Source: Clostridia bacterium (GTDB lineage Bacteria; Bacillota; Clostridia; Christensenellales; Borkfalkiaceae). Taken from it: a stretch of DNA of 62,165 bases. Numbering within the stretch: position 1 is the first letter of the stretch; each line of letters opens with the position of its first letter. The translations under genes were made by a program, and so were the position numbers. Below the pieces are notes generated by a model, which made no database searches, was not told the DNA's origin, and was given only the letters and a program-made list of their open reading frames with translations. This document shows, in pieces, positions 27,568 to 36,790 of this stretch. The DNA lies in NCBI GenBank assembly GCA_017468345.1, contig JAFUIT010000046.1, positions 1-62,165 of the forward strand. Direction: 5' to 3'.

Positions 27568-27789
27568 ATGGAAAACGTAACAATGAAAAAATTTGCCACT
27601 CGTTTAAAAGAATTGAGACTGGAAGAAAAACTTTCTCAAGAAGAACTTGCCGCCGCAACGGGATTGACACAAGTCGCAATTACCTACTGGGAAAATGAAA
27701 AACGCATTCCCAACTTAAAAGCCGTCATCACGCTTGCGAGGTATTTTAACGTTTCCTTGGATTATTTGGCAGGCGAAAAAGATTATTGA
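27568..27789 (+). CDS. XRE-family helix-turn-helix transcriptional regulator
   Basis: LSQEELAAATGLTQVAITYWENEKRIPNLKAVITLARYFNVSLDYL. Confidence 0.85.
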   Translation: MENVTMKKFATRLKELRLEEKLSQEELAAATGLTQVAITYWENEKRIPNLKAVITLARYFNVSLDYLAGEKDY

Positions 27790-27806
27790 CATTTGAAAAT
27801 TAAAGT

Positions 27807-27836
27807 AAAATCGGAGAGAAAACTCTCCGTTTTTTA
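27807..27836. terminator. intrinsic terminator between the convergent XRE and bioY genes
   Basis: CGGAGAG-AAAA-CTCTCCG, with an A-run before and a T-run after. Confidence 0.75.
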
Positions 27837-27837
27837 T

Positions 27838-27857
27838 TTCATCGCATACCTGCCTAT
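27838..27857. repeat. left copy of the 20-nt direct repeat bracketing bioY (TTCATCGCATACCTGCCTAT)
   Basis: 19/20 identical to 28395-28414. Overlaps the bioY stop codon. Confidence 0.85.
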
Positions 27858-28399
27858 GCTATTTTTACAAATTTCGACAATTTCACCGTCAAGAAAGCCG
27901 CCAAACAAATTTTGACGATATCGAAAGGCAAATACGGCAAAACGCACAGCGTCAACGCCGTCCAAAATCCCACGCCGCCGTTGCCTGAAACCAGCACAAA
28001 CCATACCGTCCCCAGCGCATAACATAACAGCAATCCGACCGACATCGCGAGCGCCAAATACAAAACCCGTCTTTTACCCGTTTGCGATTTTAATAAACTC
28101 GACGCACCGCCAACCGCAAACGCAATCGCCAAAAAGCCAAGGATATAACCGCCCGTGGGAGAAACGATTTTTGAAACTCCGCCCGTAAAGCCCGCAAATA
28201 CGGGTACGCCGATCAACCCTAAAAGAACGTAGGCAAGCGTAGCAAACACTGCGCGTTTCAATCCCAGCAACCCTGCTGCGAGAAACAGCACCGCCGTTTG
28301 CAACGTCACGGGAATTTCCCCGATGGGCACGACAATCCACGCCGACGCCGAAATCAGCGTCACCGTCATCGCTATGTATCCCAAATCACGTGCATTCAT
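27854..28399 (-). CDS. bioY: biotin transporter S-component
   Basis: 181 aa; PVTLQTAVLFLAAGLLG...GGYILGFL, typical of BioY. Confidence 0.88.
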   Translation of the reverse strand: MNARDLGYIAMTVTLISASAWIVVPIGEIPVTLQTAVLFLAAGLLGLKRAVFATLAYVLLGLIGVPVFAGFTGGVSKIVSPTGGYILGFLAIAFAVGGASSLLKSQTGKRRVLYLALAMSVGLLLCYALGTVWFVLVSGNGGVGFWTALTLCVLPYLPFDIVKICLAAFLTVKLSKFVKIA

Positions 28400-28414
28400 C
28401 GCGTACCTGCCTAT
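28395..28414. repeat. right copy of the 20-nt direct repeat bracketing bioY (TTCATCGCGTACCTGCCTAT)
   Basis: Contains the bioY start codon (CAT 28397-28399) and its SD-like AGGCAGG. Confidence 0.85.
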
Positions 28415-28473
28415 CCCTTTTAGCTTTTTCTATGAAAACGCCGAGCAAAGTCTCACTCGCTCGGCATTTTTTA

Positions 28474-29637
28474 TCAAAGATATTTTTTCAACGCGTCCAC
28501 TCTGTCGGTTTGCTCCCACGAGAAACCTTTGTAACCGAAATGTCCGTACGCCGCCGTTTTCTTGAAAACGGGCTTTCTCAAATCCAAATCGCGAATGATG
28601 GCATAGGGACGAAGGTCAAATTCTTTCTTGACTACTTCGGCAAGCGTTTCGTCGTCCAGCTTACCCGTGCCGTGGCTATCCACAAATACGGAAACGGGTT
28701 TCGCCACGCCAATCGCGTAGGCAACCTGAATTTCCAACTCGTCCGCGAGCCCTGCGGCAACCATATTTTTTGCGATATAACGGCAGTAATACGCCGCGCT
28801 TCTATCCACTTTCGTGGGATCTTTCCCCGAAAAAGCGCCGCCGCCGTGCGCACATCTGCCGCCGTAAGTATCTACGATGATCTTTCTGCCCGTCAAACCG
28901 CTGTCCCCTTCCGGACCGCCGATTTCGAACCTACCCGTAGGGTTGACGTAAATTTTCGTATTTTCGTCCATCAAATTTTCGGGAATAATTTCATCGATGA
29001 CGTATTTTTTCATATCCGCGCGGATCTGTTCCTGCGAAACCTCCTCGTCGTGTTGCGTGGAAACGACCACCGTATCGACGCGTTTTGCAACGCCGTCCAC
29101 GTATTCGACCGTTACCTGCGTTTTTCCGTCGGGACGAAGATAGGTCAAAACGCCCTGCTTTCTTACGTCAGTCAAACGTTTTGCCAAACGGTGAGACAAG
29201 GACAAAGTTAACGGCATCAACTCTTTCGTTTCACGGCAAGCATACCCAAACATCATGCCTTGATCGCCTGCGCCAAGCTGATTTTCCGCGTCGCCGCCTT
29301 CCGTCTTTTTCTCCAAAGACGCGTTTACGCCCATCGCAATATCGGGCGACTGCGTATGGATCGCCACGATAATTTTACATTTATCGTATGCAAACGTACC
29401 GAAATCATACCCGATCTCCTTGATGATTTCGCGTGCTTTCGCCTCATAATCGATATTCGCCGTCGTCGTTACTTCCCCCATGATGAGCAACGTATCGAAC
29501 GCCGCCGCACATTCCACCGCGGCGCGCGCCTGCGGATCGGACGCCAAAATCGCATCCAAGATACCGTCGGAAATGTTGTCGCACACCTTATCGGGATGCC
29601 CTTCCGTTACGCTTTCGCTGGTAAAAAATTTCCTCAT
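28474..29637 (-). CDS. metK: S-adenosylmethionine synthase
   Basis: [36 protein letters not shown]. Confidence 0.95.
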   Translation of the reverse strand: MRKFFTSESVTEGHPDKVCDNISDGILDAILASDPQARAAVECAAAFDTLLIMGEVTTTANIDYEAKAREIIKEIGYDFGTFAYDKCKIIVAIHTQSPDIAMGVNASLEKKTEGGDAENQLGAGDQGMMFGYACRETKELMPLTLSLSHRLAKRLTDVRKQGVLTYLRPDGKTQVTVEYVDGVAKRVDTVVVSTQHDEEVSQEQIRADMKKYVIDEIIPENLMDENTKIYVNPTGRFEIGGPEGDSGLTGRKIIVDTYGGRCAHGGGAFSGKDPTKVDRSAAYYCRYIAKNMVAAGLADELEIQVAYAIGVAKPVSVFVDSHGTGKLDDETLAEVVKKEFDLRPYAIIRDLDLRKPVFKKTAAYGHFGYKGFSWEQTDRVDALKKYL

Positions 29638-29672
29638 TCTTTCATCCTCTTTCGCATTTTTTCATTCAAGCT

Positions 29673-29702
29673 ATTATAACACCCCTCAACGGGTTTTGTC
29701 AA
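29673..29702 (-). promoter_or_regulatory. metK promoter
   Basis: Minus strand reads TTGACA, 18 nt, TGT-TATAAT. Confidence 0.6.
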
Positions 29703-29713
29703 CTGATTATTGC

Positions 29714-29742
29714 TTGCAAAAACGTTTCATTCGTGCTATAAT
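29714..29742 (+). promoter_or_regulatory. promoter of the radical SAM gene (leaderless geometry)
   Basis: TTGCAA, 17 nt, TGC-TATAAT. The -10 ends 7 nt before ATG 29750. Confidence 0.5.
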
Positions 29743-29749
29743 ATAGATT

Positions 29750-30628
29750 ATGGACGGCATTTCAATTAAAAATTGCACTCTTTGCCCCGTCGAATGCGGC
29801 GCTGACCGCACGAAAGGGTTCGGCGCATGCGGCGTAAAAGGGTTGCGCATCGCAAAATATTATCTTCATCCCTTTGAAGAACCGTGTATCTCTTTTAAAA
29901 AAGGCAGCGGCACAATCTTCTTTTCGGGGTGTAATTTGCGTTGCGCGTTTTGTCAAAATTACGAGGTTTCCCGCGCAAAACGGGGAAAAGAGATCACGCC
30001 TGCCCAGCTTGCCGATATCTTTAAACAGTTGGAAGACATGGGCGCGGACAACGTTTCCCTTGTCACTCCGTCCCATTTCATCCCGTACCTGGTACAGGCG
30101 TTCGAAATTTGCCAACCGAAAATTCCCGTGGTTTACAATACGGGCAGTTATGAAAAAGTCGAAACTTTAAAACAAATCGACCCCTTTGTGGATATTTACC
30201 TTCCCGATATGAAATTTTCCTCCCCCGCCCTCTCCAAACGGTATTTGGGGAAAGAAAATTACTTTGAAATCGCAAGCCAAGCCATTACTTTTATGGCAAA
30301 CAGCAAGCCTTTGTCTATGACGGAGGAGGGAAAAATGCTGTCCGGGTGCATTGTTCGGCACTTGGTGATGCCCCTTTGCACAAGCGACAGTAAAGCCCTT
30401 ATAAAATGGTTCAACGCACACCTGCCCCCTTCCACTTACTTGAGTTTGATGAGTCAATATACTCCTTTCGGGGAAATCGAGGGCATGAAAGAACTTTCCC
30501 GCCCGATCACCGCGCGTGAATACAACGCCGTGGTAGAAACGGCGCTGGAGCTCGGTTTGGGAGAACGCCTTTTTGCGCAGGAACGAAATTCGAGCAGTGA
30601 GGCTTACATTCCTCAATGGGATTTTTAG
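29750..30628 (+). CDS. radical SAM protein, PflX-like (pyruvate formate-lyase activase homologue)
   Basis: CNLRCAFCQN (CxxxCxxC) plus an N-terminal Cys cluster, CTLCPVECGADR...GACG. Confidence 0.8.
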   Translation: MDGISIKNCTLCPVECGADRTKGFGACGVKGLRIAKYYLHPFEEPCISFKKGSGTIFFSGCNLRCAFCQNYEVSRAKRGKEITPAQLADIFKQLEDMGADNVSLVTPSHFIPYLVQAFEICQPKIPVVYNTGSYEKVETLKQIDPFVDIYLPDMKFSSPALSKRYLGKENYFEIASQAITFMANSKPLSMTEEGKMLSGCIVRHLVMPLCTSDSKALIKWFNAHLPPSTYLSLMSQYTPFGEIEGMKELSRPITAREYNAVVETALELGLGERLFAQERNSSSEAYIPQWDF

Positions 30629-30836
30629 CCGTTCGAGACCGAGTTGAATTAGGTTAGGGGTCGAATACTTCCGCTTTCCATTTGGTGATTTTGGCGGTGA
30701 GTTTCGCCGCGCGTGTAGGCTCGGCAAACAACAATTCTTTCTCACATCGACGGATTTTTTCGTATAACTTTTTACGGTTTTTCATTTGATTTTAGGTTGC
30801 GCACGGCGCGCAAATTTTATTCTTTCGAGGTGTTTT

Positions 30837-32750
30837 ATGCTGCTTTCCGCAGACAATTTATCTTTCGGTTTTAACGGCGGTTCGCTATTGGAAAACCTCT
30901 GTTTTTCCTTAAACGAGGGGGACAGGGTCGGGTTGATCGGTGCAAACGGCGAAGGCAAAACCACCTTGATCCGCTTGATTTTGGGTGAATTAGACCCCGA
31001 AAGCGGTACTCTTTTTCGCAAAAACGGCATTCGTATCGGCTACCTTGCGCAAACGGGCGGCTATGATTCATACAACACCGTTTTTGAAGAAATGCGTGAA
31101 ATTTTCACCGAGGATATCCGTGCCATCGAAACTTTACGGGAAACGGAAAAACTGTTTGCGCAAGCGGAGGAGAATACTCCCGAATACCGCGCACTTTCCG
31201 CCAAATACGATTACCTGAATAAGCAAATCGCCGCACGCGACAGCTACCACTTTGAAGTACGCATTCGCACCGTCCTTAACGGTATGGGTTTTGAGCACGC
31301 ATACGATCAAACGATACACACAATGTCAGGCGGCGAAAAAACGCGTTTGAAACTGTGCCGACTTCTTCTCGAAGACCCCGAACTTTTGATTTTGGACGAG
31401 CCGACCAACCACCTCGATATGAAAACGCTGTTTTGGCTGGAAGATTATCTTTCCACCTATAAAGGCGCAATTTTGACCGTGTCGCACGATCGGTACTTCC
31501 TCGATAAGTTAGTGTCGACCGTGTATGAAATCGAAAACAAAAAACTGTCCGTGTTTAAGGGCAATTACAGTAAGTATAAAATCTTAAAAGCCGAAAAAGT
31601 AGCGCACCTTATCAAAGAATATGAAAAACAGCAGGAAGAACGGGCGCATATGCAGGAATACGTAGATAGAAACCTCGTCCGCGCCTCCACTACCAAGATG
31701 GCGCAATCCCGTCGGCTTGCGTTAGAGAAAATGGAGCTGGTCGAAAAGCCTGCCCTGCCTCCCACGCCGCCCCGTTTTACTTTCACCTATACGGACAAAC
31801 CCTACGAACGGGTTTTGGAAGTGGAAAATCTGCGCCTGACGGCGGGCGAAAAAGTCTTACTCGAAAGCGCGTCTTTCGGTTTGACGCGCGGTGAAAAATG
31901 CGCCGTCGTCGGAGACAACGGCACGGGAAAATCCACTCTTGTCAAGGAAATCGTAAAAGGGAAAAATCCTGCAATTCGTTTGGGACGGTTTGTAAAAATC
32001 GCTTGCTACGATCAGGAAAACGCCAACCTCGACCTCAACGAATCCGTTTTGGGCGAGCTTTGGGGCAGACACGTTACTTGGGATCAAACGCGCGTCCGAA
32101 ACATTCTCGCGCAGGCAGGCTTGATCGCCGAAGATATGGACAAAAAAGTGCGTATGCTATCGGGCGGCGAACGCGCGAAACTCGCCCTTGCCATGTTCGA
32201 ATGCGAAAAGGGAAATGTCCTCATTTTGGACGAGCCGACCAACCACCTCGACCTGCCCGCAAGGGAAAGCCTCGAAAGCGCGTTGAAAGCGTTTGACGGC
32301 ACGGTTTTGTTCGTTTCGCACGACCGCTACTTCATCCGCGCTTTGGCAGGAAAAATTCTTGAGTTGGAAGACGGAAACGCCACCGAATACAGTTGTTCTT
32401 ACGAAGAATATCACGCGCAAAAAATTGCAGCGAAAGAGGCAGCAAAAACTGCGCAAAAAACAACTCAATCGACACCTGCCCCCTCCGTTTCGGCAAATTC
32501 CGGCAAAAAAGAAGGAGGTTACCGCACGAAGGAAGAACGCGCCGCGGACGCACGCAGGAAAATGCGCATAAAGAAAATAGAGGAAGAAATTTCACTTCTT
32601 GAAACAGAGGACGCAGAAATCAACGCCTCCCTTTCCGACCCCGCGGTCACCGCAAATTTTGCCCTTTTGAGCGAAAAATGCAACCGCTTGGAGGAAATCA
32701 AAAACCTCTTGGACGCGCTGTATAGCGAATATGAAACTTTGATCGGCTAA
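30837..32750 (+). CDS. ABC-F family ATPase (translation-associated; Uup/YdiF-like)
   Basis: Two cassettes (GANGEGKTT ... LSGGEKTRL ... LILDEPTNHLD; GDNGTGKST ... LSGGERAKL ... LILDEPTNHLD), no TM domain, and a C-terminal coiled coil. Start at MLLSADNL, which follows GAGGTG. Confidence 0.88.
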   Translation: MLLSADNLSFGFNGGSLLENLCFSLNEGDRVGLIGANGEGKTTLIRLILGELDPESGTLFRKNGIRIGYLAQTGGYDSYNTVFEEMREIFTEDIRAIETLRETEKLFAQAEENTPEYRALSAKYDYLNKQIAARDSYHFEVRIRTVLNGMGFEHAYDQTIHTMSGGEKTRLKLCRLLLEDPELLILDEPTNHLDMKTLFWLEDYLSTYKGAILTVSHDRYFLDKLVSTVYEIENKKLSVFKGNYSKYKILKAEKVAHLIKEYEKQQEERAHMQEYVDRNLVRASTTKMAQSRRLALEKMELVEKPALPPTPPRFTFTYTDKPYERVLEVENLRLTAGEKVLLESASFGLTRGEKCAVVGDNGTGKSTLVKEIVKGKNPAIRLGRFVKIACYDQENANLDLNESVLGELWGRHVTWDQTRVRNILAQAGLIAEDMDKKVRMLSGGERAKLALAMFECEKGNVLILDEPTNHLDLPARESLESALKAFDGTVLFVSHDRYFIRALAGKILELEDGNATEYSCSYEEYHAQKIAAKEAAKTAQKTTQSTPAPSVSANSGKKEGGYRTKEERAADARRKMRIKKIEEEISLLETEDAEINASLSDPAVTANFALLSEKCNRLEEIKNLLDALYSEYETLIG

Positions 32751-32784
32751 TTTAAACTTTCACAGTTTTTTCACCAAAAACCTC

Positions 32785-32813
32785 TTGACATGGATATTAT
32801 AATGTGATATCAT
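32785..32813 (+). promoter_or_regulatory. candidate promoter of the SPFH gene
   Basis: TTGACA, 17 nt, TGA-TATCAT. Confidence 0.45.
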
Positions 32814-32843
32814 TTTAATATCAAATCCATAGGAGGTTATATT

Positions 32844-33875
32844 ATGGAAGAAATTTTATTGAAGAATAAAAAACACGGTATACGCACTCTGCTCCTGTTC
32901 TCTTTTTTGGAGTTGGTTGCTATCGTTGGGTGTATTGCACTTGGCATTGCGGCGGAAAGCGGCGTTTTGGGTAGCAACGAAACGCTCGGCATTGTCGGCT
33001 CGATCGTTTGCGGTGTACTGATGTGCGTTTTGTGGATTCCCCTCGTGGGTTTACGCGTGTTAAAGCCGCAGGAAGCTTTGGCATTGACTTTATTCGGTAA
33101 ATATATCGGTACGCTCAAAGGCGAAGGCTTTTACGCGGTCAACCCCTTCTGTGTTGCGGTCAATCCCGCGGCGATGACAAAGCTCAACCAAAGCGGCGAC
33201 GTCAACAAGGCGCAAGCGGCGAATGCGGACGGTGAATTGAAACTTTCCCTCAACGTTCCCGATAAAAAAATCTCGTTGAAAATTATGACGCTGAACAACA
33301 ACCGTCAAAAAATCAACGACTGTCTCGGCAACCCCGTAGAGATCGGTATTGCGGTTATGTGGCGTGTGGTTGACACGGCAAAAGCTGTTTTCAACGTGGA
33401 TAATTACAAAGAATATCTTTCCCTTCAATGCGACAGTGCGTTAAGACACGTCGTACGTATTTACCCTTACGACGTAGCCCCCGGCGTCGACACGACGGGC
33501 GACGGTATTGCCGACGACGGCAGTTTGAGAGGCTCGAGCGAGATCGTGGCTTCGCGTATCCGCGATGAAATTCAAGCGCGCGTAAACGAAGCAGGTATCG
33601 AAATCATCGAAGCGCGCATTACTTATCTTGCATACGCGCCCGAGATTGCGGCTGTCATGTTACAGCGTCAGCAGGCATCGGCAATCATCGACGCGAGAAA
33701 GATGATTGTAGACGGTGCCGTCGGCATGGTAGAAATGGCGTTGGAACGTTTGAACGGCGGCAACCTTGTGCATTTGGACGAGGAAAGAAAGGCGGCAATG
33801 GTCTCCAACCTTTTGGTGGTACTTTGCGGCAACCACGACGCGCAACCCATCGTCAATACGGGTAGCTTATATTGA
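32844..33875 (+). CDS. SPFH/band-7 domain membrane protein
   Basis: Two N-terminal TM segments, then LKPQEALALTLFGKYIGT...GFYAVNPF and an Ala/Gln-rich coiled-coil region. Confidence 0.8.
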   Translation: MEEILLKNKKHGIRTLLLFSFLELVAIVGCIALGIAAESGVLGSNETLGIVGSIVCGVLMCVLWIPLVGLRVLKPQEALALTLFGKYIGTLKGEGFYAVNPFCVAVNPAAMTKLNQSGDVNKAQAANADGELKLSLNVPDKKISLKIMTLNNNRQKINDCLGNPVEIGIAVMWRVVDTAKAVFNVDNYKEYLSLQCDSALRHVVRIYPYDVAPGVDTTGDGIADDGSLRGSSEIVASRIRDEIQARVNEAGIEIIEARITYLAYAPEIAAVMLQRQQASAIIDARKMIVDGAVGMVEMALERLNGGNLVHLDEERKAAMVSNLLVVLCGNHDAQPIVNTGSLY

Positions 33876-33954
33876 TAAAAACGCTCGCGGCACACGCCGT
33901 AAGCCCCTTCAATGAAGGATAAAAACATAAAATCAACAAGGCAGGTACGAGATT

Positions 33955-34158
33955 ATGAACGAAAACGGTAAAAAACAAGTCCCCTTACGCTTATCGCCAA
34001 AACTGTATAATGCAATCGCGGCATGGGCGGAAGACGATTTCCGTTCGATCAACGGTCAAATCGAATATCTGCTGTCCGAATGCGTCCGCCAACGCAAGAA
34101 AAACGGCAAATACGTTTCGGACGAGATCGACGTTCCGCCCGAGTTGGATATCGAATAA
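33955..34158 (+). CDS. ribbon-helix-helix (Arc/MetJ-type) small protein
   Basis: KQVPLRLSPKLYNAIAAWAEDDFRSINGQIEYLL is a typical RHH beta-strand plus two helices. Confidence 0.65.
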   Translation: MNENGKKQVPLRLSPKLYNAIAAWAEDDFRSINGQIEYLLSECVRQRKKNGKYVSDEIDVPPELDIE

Positions 34159-34172
34159 ATTTTCACAAAACT

Positions 34173-34212
34173 ACGCCCCAAAAGCTGAAATCGCTTTTGG
34201 GGCGTATCTTTT
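34173..34212. terminator. intrinsic terminator between convergent genes
   Basis: ACGCCCCAAAAGC-loop-GCTTTTGGGGCGT followed by ATCTTTTT. Confidence 0.8.
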
Positions 34213-34224
34213 TACATACAACTT

Positions 34225-34890
34225 TTACCGCAATTTATTTTTCGGACAGACTTTAATACAAACGCCGCAAACACTTCCTCTGCCGATATCTTGAAAATGT
34301 TCTTTCATATATCGCGAACATTTTTCGGGGTCAAAATTTCGTTCGCCGTCCGTTGTAGGCGGCGTCCCATAAATCGCGCCCGCAGGACAAGCGGTTTGAC
34401 ATATACGGCAATCACCGCAACCGTTTTCAATAACGGGCAACTCGTTTGTTAGAGGCATGTCCGTGATGACGGTTGCCAAACGCACCTTACTGCCATATTT
34501 TTCGGAGAGGAATAACCCGCTTTTCCCAACAAAACCCAAGCCCGACAAAACCGCCGCCGTCTTATGCGGAAGCATACCTATATAAGGGTTGTTTTTGCCA
34601 AGACTTTGACTTGCTGCAACGGGCAACGCGGAAAAACCGCTTTTTTCGATTTCACGCGCAAGTCGAAAGGCAATTTGGTCCAGCAAGGCATTTGCCGTAC
34701 GGTAATGCTGAAAATAGACAAAAGACGGCGCACCGTCGATCGTTTTGAGGACGGCGTCGGACAATTTCACCGCAATAGACACGGCGTATACGTTGTCAGG
34801 CAATTCCTTTACCGGCGGCGCAGTCAGTTTGCAAAATCCAACAAGATCTGCACCCCACTCCGTCGCCAACTGTTTCAACTTCGCTTGCAT
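34225..34890 (-). CDS. 4Fe-4S double-cluster protein, QueG/reductive-dehalogenase-like (epoxyqueuosine reductase family)
   Basis: CGDCRICQTACP and CGVCIKVCP ferredoxin motifs. Start at MQAKLKQ, which follows GGAGGAAGG. The longer track ORF would overlap the cupin gene. Confidence 0.65.
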   Translation of the reverse strand: MQAKLKQLATEWGADLVGFCKLTAPPVKELPDNVYAVSIAVKLSDAVLKTIDGAPSFVYFQHYRTANALLDQIAFRLAREIEKSGFSALPVAASQSLGKNNPYIGMLPHKTAAVLSGLGFVGKSGLFLSEKYGSKVRLATVITDMPLTNELPVIENGCGDCRICQTACPAGAIYGTPPTTDGERNFDPEKCSRYMKEHFQDIGRGSVCGVCIKVCPKNKLR

Positions 34891-34918
34891 AATATACCTT
34901 CCTCCGTAGCCGCTTGCT

Positions 34919-35248
34919 TTATTGTTGCGGAACGACCGCATAAAAGCATAAATCGTCCTCGCCAACGTTGATAAGACAATGCTCGCTCCCCTTCGGGCAA
35001 TAGTGACAATCACCCGCAAAGAGCAATTCCTCCACTCCGTCGCAAACCGATTTACCTTTTCCCGAAAGAATAAAGATAATTTCAGAGGAAGGAATATGTC
35101 TATGCAGCCCAATCGTGGCACCAGGTACGAGTTTACCTCGCAAAATCTTGTTTTTCTCATCCACATACATACTGGCAATCAATGCTCCTTCCCCGCCGTA
35201 AAATGCCCTTAATTCCGTCTCTTTTATTTCGTCAAATTTGATAATCAT
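34919..35248 (-). CDS. cupin domain protein
   Basis: 109 aa; GATIGLHRH...E...G...H metal-site pattern. Confidence 0.75.
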   Translation of the reverse strand: MIIKFDEIKETELRAFYGGEGALIASMYVDEKNKILRGKLVPGATIGLHRHIPSSEIIFILSGKGKSVCDGVEELLFAGDCHYCPKGSEHCLINVGEDDLCFYAVVPQQ

Positions 35249-35254
35249 AACACT

Positions 35255-35815
35255 TTATTTCAACTTTAATCCGTCCGCGAAGGCGTTACCGACTTTTTCG
35301 CCCAATTTATAGTATCCATGTCCGTCACAATCATAACAAATAGGTTGGAACTTCGTCAAATCGACCTTGTCTTTGTCGTTCAAAATACAATCGTCCACGC
35401 TGACGTTGACTACTTCCCCGATACAAATTTCCGTTTCGGCGTCATAGCTGACAAGCTTACACTCTAAAACAAGCGGCAACTCCTCTATGATGGGCGCATT
35501 GACAAACTGACTTTTCGTGATATGCCAACCCGTATTTTTGAGCTTATCGGGAACGTTGTTTGCTGAAACTACGCCCACGTAATCGGCAGGAATCACATTT
35601 TTCGCATCTGCGATCGCCACGGTAAACGCCTGCGTTTTTAAAAGATTTTTCACAGTTTTATGTCCCGCGCTCAAACAAATGGAAACTTGTGCCGTATCGC
35701 AAACCGTACCCCATGCCGCATTCATCGCGTCAGGCGTGCCGTTTTCGTCATAAGTGCCCACAATCAACACGGGCAGCGGATAAATATACGCTTTGGGTTT
35801 TAAATTTTTTCTCAT
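35255..35815 (-). CDS. flavin reductase family protein
   Basis: YPLPVLIVGTYDENGTPDAMNAAWG, an FMN-binding split-barrel signature. Confidence 0.8.
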   Translation of the reverse strand: MRKNLKPKAYIYPLPVLIVGTYDENGTPDAMNAAWGTVCDTAQVSICLSAGHKTVKNLLKTQAFTVAIADAKNVIPADYVGVVSANNVPDKLKNTGWHITKSQFVNAPIIEELPLVLECKLVSYDAETEICIGEVVNVSVDDCILNDKDKVDLTKFQPICYDCDGHGYYKLGEKVGNAFADGLKLK

Positions 35816-35842
35816 AACATCTCTCCTTACACTTAAGACTCT

Positions 35843-36790
35843 TTAACGTCCGCTCGCTTTTATTAAAGCGTCCACGTCCGCATCGTCTATCACTATTTCG
35901 CGAATTTCCAACAATTTATTTTGTATAGCGGGTGCGAATGCGTCATATAGCCTTTGAGGTGAAAGATATACGTGCCCAAGCTCCAACTCCTTATGCTTTG
36001 CTTGTGATAATCTTGGCAAGATCAAAACCAGTTTCGCTTGCATTTTTTTTGCATTACGATAATGATATATTTTAGACAAACGATGATATAAATTTTCCAA
36101 TATAGGCAAAACCGTATAATACATACGTACTTCCATAAATATTTCTTCATCCTGCGGAGAACGATAATATGCGTCAAAAATAACATTGCGGAACATGATT
36201 GGATCAGCTTCGATAAATCCTTCCGAGAATCGCATATCCTTATGTACGTTTTGAAAATCAATCGTTTCGCTTTCACAATATTTCTTTAAGGAAAACTCTT
36301 GGATTTTTTCTAAAATCCGCCGCCTGCTTTCCATGTCGCGCCCGTTTGTATCCAGCGTCTGTGCAGCGCGAGCCTCCGATACTCTTTCAACAACTTCTTC
36401 TTTCTTCTTTTTTACTTCCTCTGCGGGCGCTTTTTCCACACGCATCAACTGCTGTAACATTTCGGGTGTACCACCAAATATGTTCATATTTCTATTGGAA
36501 ATATTTTGTGAAACAATTTGCATAAGATTAACGCGCAGTTCTCTATTTTCCTGCGTTACACGTTCCAATTCCGTTTCCGTGCGTTTGTTTTCTTTTTGTA
36601 AGGAAATTAAATTACCGATATTGAATTTATCAAAGGCTTCCGCAAGCGTCAGCACCACCAAAATCACGATTAGACAAATCATTTGGGAAGTAATAACGTA
36701 ATTCTTCTCAGGCAAGAAATATGCCGTTGCTATAATCGAAACGATAAACCCACCCAAAAGCACGACGAGCAATCTCGTAAACTTTTTCAT
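35843..36790 (-). CDS. hypothetical membrane-anchored coiled-coil protein (orphan, AT-rich)
   Basis: 315-aa ORF with a GAGGAG RBS, two N-terminal TM segments and a coiled coil (ENKRTETELERVTQENRELR). The ~170-aa C-domain has no family I recognise. Confidence 0.6.
   Translation of the reverse strand: MKKFTRLLVVLLGGFIVSIIATAYFLPEKNYVITSQMICLIVILVVLTLAEAFDKFNIGNLISLQKENKRTETELERVTQENRELRVNLMQIVSQNISNRNMNIFGGTPEMLQQLMRVEKAPAEEVKKKKEEVVERVSEARAAQTLDTNGRDMESRRRILEKIQEFSLKKYCESETIDFQNVHKDMRFSEGFIEADPIMFRNVIFDAYYRSPQDEEIFMEVRMYYTVLPILENLYHRLSKIYHYRNAKKMQAKLVLILPRLSQAKHKELELGHVYLSPQRLYDAFAPAIQNKLLEIREIVIDDADVDALIKASGR

Noticed and set aside
29638-29749. SAM riboswitch upstream of metK (and at 57384-57549 upstream of metF)
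   Set aside because: The intergenic regions are occupied by back-to-back promoters. The leaders are too short for any SAM aptamer, and no conserved SAM-I core strings were seen.
30167-30745. 192-aa ORF on the minus strand overlapping the radical SAM gene
   Set aside because: It is antisense to a gene with a clear CxxxCxxC motif, has no RBS and is Arg/Pro-rich. It is also in a different frame from the 43-codon ORF at 30654-30785.
30786-30836. N-terminal extension of the ABC-F ORF (TTG at 30786)
   Set aside because: The extension (ILGCARRANFILSRCF) has no RBS and contains the GC hairpin. The ATG at 30837 follows GAGGTG and gives the normal ABC-F N-terminus.
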